This document shows, piece by piece, positions 60,119 through 64,000 of a stretch of 64,000 nucleotides of DNA (positions are counted from its first letter, which is position 1; every line of letters begins with the position of its first letter). Made by a program: the position numbers and the translations under genes. The notes under the pieces are model-generated. The model made no database searches, was not told the DNA's origin, and worked only from the letters and a program-made list of their open reading frames with translations. The DNA comes from Mustelus asterias (taxonomy: Eukaryota). The stretch is taken from the NCBI RefSeq assembly GCF_964213995.1, contig NW_027590164.1:558001-622000 (forward strand). Direction: 5' to 3'.

Positions 60119-61055
60119 CCAACATCTGTGAGTAAAACACTTTCTTTTCTCCCCCTTTCCATTTCTTTTCTCATTCTGGGGGAAATTGGGGACTTGCAGC
60201 AACTGAAGGGAAAGGAAGTGAATCCAGGGAGGCTGCAGACTCTGGAAAGGTTGGCCCAGGTCTCTCTCTCTTAAAGACAGTGACATCCTTTGCTCCCTCA
60301 GCTTGACACATTTATTTGTCTGGCTAAAAGGATGGTCTCTTTCCTAATGTTCACAATTAAAGGGCTGGTTTCCCCAGGAGATGGCTGACATTTAAGGGAA
60401 CAAATTAATATAGGACAGAGATATGTCTAGTTTTGTTCTATTGTACAGATTAGATTTTATTTATAGTCCTGTAATAAAGTACATTTATTTGGAGAGAAAG
60501 CGAAGATGAGGTGGGATTTCTTCACTCAAGGATGTGGTGAAGCTTTGGAATTCTTTACCTCAGAGGACTGTAAAGCTCAGTCATCAAGAATTTTCAAGTA
60601 AGGGTTTGATATGTTTCTAGATATTCAAGATATCAAGGGATCCAGGGGATACTGTGGGGAAAATGGTGCTCAGGTACATCTGGGTGGCACGGTGGCTCAG
60701 TGGTTATCACTTAAAGGGCAGGAGATGGCTGACATTTAAGGGGACAGTAAATTAATATAGGACAGAGATATGTCCAGTGTTGTTATATCAGACAGGTTTA
60801 TTCCTGGTCCTGCAATAATTACATTTATCATTCCAATCTTGTAATATAGTCCTGTAGCTACGTTATATATTTCCAGTTATAGAGTCATTCCAGCACAGAA
60901 GGAGTCCATTGGACAACTCGAGTCCATACCGACTCTCTCTGTAACTTCACAGTTTTTTTGCACTTTTTTCATGATTTTCACAGTGACTTCATTGCAGTGT
61001 TAATGTAAGCCTCCTTGTGACACTAATTAATAAACAATCAAAACTAAACTATAAA

Positions 61056-61569
61056 CCGCCTTGGCGAACACTTACCCGAAGATCAGAGGCTGAATGCCCT
61101 TGATCTTCGGGTAAGTGTCCTCCAAGGTGGCCTTCAAGACTCACGACAGTGCAGAATCGCTGAGCAGAAACTGATAGCCAAGTTCCGCACACACGAGGAC
61201 GGTCTCAACCGGGATCTTGGGTTCATGTCACACTATCTGTAACCACCACAACTTGCCTGGGCTTGCAAAATCTCACTAACTGTCCTGGCTTGAGACAATT
61301 CACAACAGTTTAACCTGTGCTTAACCTTCTCTCCACTTGCATTGTACCTGTAAAGACTTGATTACCTGCTAAGACTCGCATTCCAACCATTATCTTGTAA
61401 TGGAGTTTGTGTCTATATATGTCCTGTTTGTGAACCAAATCCTGCACACAGCTGATGAAGGAGCAGTGCTCCGAAAGCTCGTGCTACTGATAAACCTGTT
61501 GGACTTTAACCTGGTGTGGTGAGACTTCTTACTGTGTCTACCCCAGTCCAACGCCGACATCTCCACATC
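61056..61569 (+). mobile_element. Penelope-like element 3' end: GIY-YIG C-terminus and terminal repeat
   Basis: LRVSVLQGGLQDSRQCRIAEQKLIAKFRTHEDGLNRDLGFMSHYL* (stop 61240-61242). CTGATGA...GAAA at 61452-61476. Fold-back 5' end. Confidence 0.78.
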
Positions 61570-61805
61570 CAGGACAGGAAGCAGTGAGCATGGATTTGTC
61601 AATCAGCCTCAATCAGCACCTTCAGGAGAATTGGGAGGGTGAATATTAGATACAGCAGAGTGAGAATGGAGGGAGAGTGTGTGGGATGGAGATTTACAGC
61701 GTTTGGGGAATGAGAGCGGAAAGAATGTTCCATAGAAACTAGAATTGTCTGTTCTGAATTTCTATCCTGTACTGACACTGATGAATTTTATAAACTCCTT
61801 TTGCA

Positions 61806-62502
61806 GGATAGATTTGCAGAAGGTGAGGATTTACAGGCAGAAATCTCAAATCAAACAACACATCAAGACCTGACAGATTTATTCATTTGCTCAGGTTCTG
61901 AATATCATTGGCCTTTGAATCTAAAAGAGAAATCTTTTTCTGTTCTGTTTGCTTCAGAATTCTTTTTTAACATAAATGTGACTGAAAAACCACTGAAACA
62001 CAGATACACCCGAGTGAGAGTGTTCCAGTGTACTGTGTGGAAAGAGATTTAACCAGTTACACAGCCTGAAAATACATCGCAGCATTCACAGCGGGGAGAG
62101 ACTGTACCCGTGTTCTGTGTGAGAGTTAACTCATTGTTGAACCTGGAGAGTCACAAGAACACCCGCACCAGGGGGAAACCGTGTAAATGTGGGGACTGTG
62201 GGAGGCGATTCAGGGTCCCATCACGGCTGGAATCTCATCGACACATTCACACTGGGGAGCGGCCATTCACCTGCTCTGTGTGGGAAGGGATTCACTCAGT
62301 TATTCAGCCTGCAGAGTCACAATCTCACTCACACCAATGAGGGATCCTTTAAATGCTCTGACTGTAGCATTGGCTTCAAAACCTCCGGAGAACCAGTGTC
62401 CCACCAGGTGTCACACTGAGGAGAGACCGTTCATCTGCTCTCACTGCACAAAGAGGTTTAAAAGCTCATTCAATCTGCAGCGACACCAACAAGTTCACAC
62501 TG
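61806..62502 (+). pseudogene. C2H2 ZNF pseudogene
   Basis: Acceptor at 61806 and leader. Start codon mutated (gcaccAGG at about 62170). TG-slippage frameshift near 62280, further indels, truncated by CR1. Confidence 0.85.
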
Positions 62503-63252
62503 TACAACATGCTACTGTGCAAAGGGACCTGGGAGTCCTTGTGCAGGAGTCGCAAAAACTCAGTCTGCAGGTCCAACAGGTGATCAAGAAGGCAAATGGG
62601 ATGTTGGCATTTATCGCGGGGGGATAGAATATAAAAGCAGAGATGTCTTGCTGCATCTGTACAGGGCATTGGTGAGGCCGCAGCTGGAACACTGTGTGCA
62701 GTTTTGGTCCCCTTACTTGCGAAAGGATATATTGGCCTTGGAGGGAGTGCAGAGAAGGTTCACCAAGTTGATACCGGAGATGAGGGGTGTAGATTATGAG
62801 GAGAGATTGAGCAGATTAGGTTTGTACTCGTTAGAGTTTAGAAGGCTGAGGGGGGATCTTATAGAGGCATATAAGATAATGAAGGGGCTGGATAGGGTAG
62901 AAGTGGAGAGATTCTTTCCACTTAGAAAGGAAACCAGAACAAGAGGGCACAGCCTCAAAATAAAGGGGGGTCAGTTTAGGACAGAGTTGAGGAGGAACTT
63001 CTTCTCTCAGAGGGTGGTGAATCTCTGGAATTCTCTGCCCACTGAAGTGGTGGAGGCTACCTCGCTGAATATGTTTAAATCACGGATAGATGGATTTCTG
63101 ATCGGTAAGGAAATTAAGGGTTATGGGGAACGGGCGGGTAAGTGGAACTGATTCACTTCAGATCAGCCATGATCTTATTGAATGGCGGGGCAGGCTCGAG
63201 GGACTAGATGGCCTACTCCTGCTCCTATTTCTTATCTTCTTATGTTCTTATG
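62503..63252 (+). mobile_element. Young CR1 LINE 3' fragment
   Basis: VQRDLGVLV...RPQLEHCVQFWSPYLRKD and (ttcttat)n tail. Confidence 0.93.
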
Positions 63253-64000
63253 TACACCCAGATCCCTTTGTCTATCAATACTCTTAAGGGTTCTGCCATT
63301 TACTGTATATTTCCTATCTGTATTAGACCTTCCAAAATGCATTACCTCACATTTGTCCGGATTAAACTCCATCTGCCATCTCTCCGCCCAAATCTCCAAC
63401 CGATCTATATCCTGCTGTATCCTCTGATGGTCCTCATCGCTTTCCGCAAATCCACCAACCTTTGTGTCATCCGCAAACTTACTAATCAAACCAGTTATAT
63501 TTTCCTCCAAATCATTTATATATATTACAAACAGCAAAGGTTCCAGCACTGATCCCTGAGGAATGCCAGTTGTCACAGCCCTCCATTCAGAAACGCACCG
63601 AGTCAGTTTTGTATCCACCTTGCCAGCTCAACTCTGATCCCATGCGACTTCTTCTGCACCAGCCTACCATGAGGGACCTTGTCAAAGGCCTTACTGGAGC
63701 CCATGTAGACAACATCCACTGCCCTACCCTCATCAATCATCTTCGTCACTTCCTCAAAAAACTCGACCAAGTTCATGAGACACGACCTCCCCTTCACAAA
63801 ACCACGTTGCCTCTCACTAATACGTCCATTTATTTCCAAGTGGGAATAAATCCTGTCTCGAAGAATCCTGTCCAATAATTTCCCTATCACTGATGTAAGG
63901 CTCACCGGCCTGTAATTACCTGGATTATTCTTGCTACCCTTCTTAAACAAAGAAACAACATTGGCTATTCTCCAATCCTCTGGGACCTCCCCTGTAGCCA
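63253..64000 (-). mobile_element. CR1 LINE RT fragment, runs off the window
   Basis: PGNYRPVSLTS, GRSCL, KAFDKVPH, GIPQGSVL and KFADDTK. Confidence 0.92.

Overview
Eukaryotic, repeat-rich vertebrate DNA. HE1-type V-SINEs, CR1/HER1 LINEs and Penelope-like fragments point to a cartilaginous fish, probably a shark (inference). The window is a tandem cluster of about 13 C2H2 zinc-finger (ZNF) genes and relics on both strands. Three have intact ORFs (10046-11251, 32308-33066, 54557-55327), two have open arrays with decayed tails, and the rest are frameshifted or disrupted by transposons. No KRAB, SCAN or BTB domain is visible. The paralogues share one architecture: CpG-rich, often bidirectional promoter; non-coding exon 1; conserved intron and acceptor; a leader of decayed fingers with an in-frame TGA exactly 39 nt before an ATG that lies inside a finger linker; then the finger array and a shared 3'UTR. 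Other highlights are a ~12 kb tandem duplicon, a 26-bp satellite that expanded in only one duplicon copy, a 3-kb retroposed element with a 15-bp TSD that duplicates a ZNF splice donor, GalEa-like Copia relics, an env-bearing LTR-element relic and hammerhead-like Penelope repeats. Coordinates were read by eye, so repeat boundaries are approximate.
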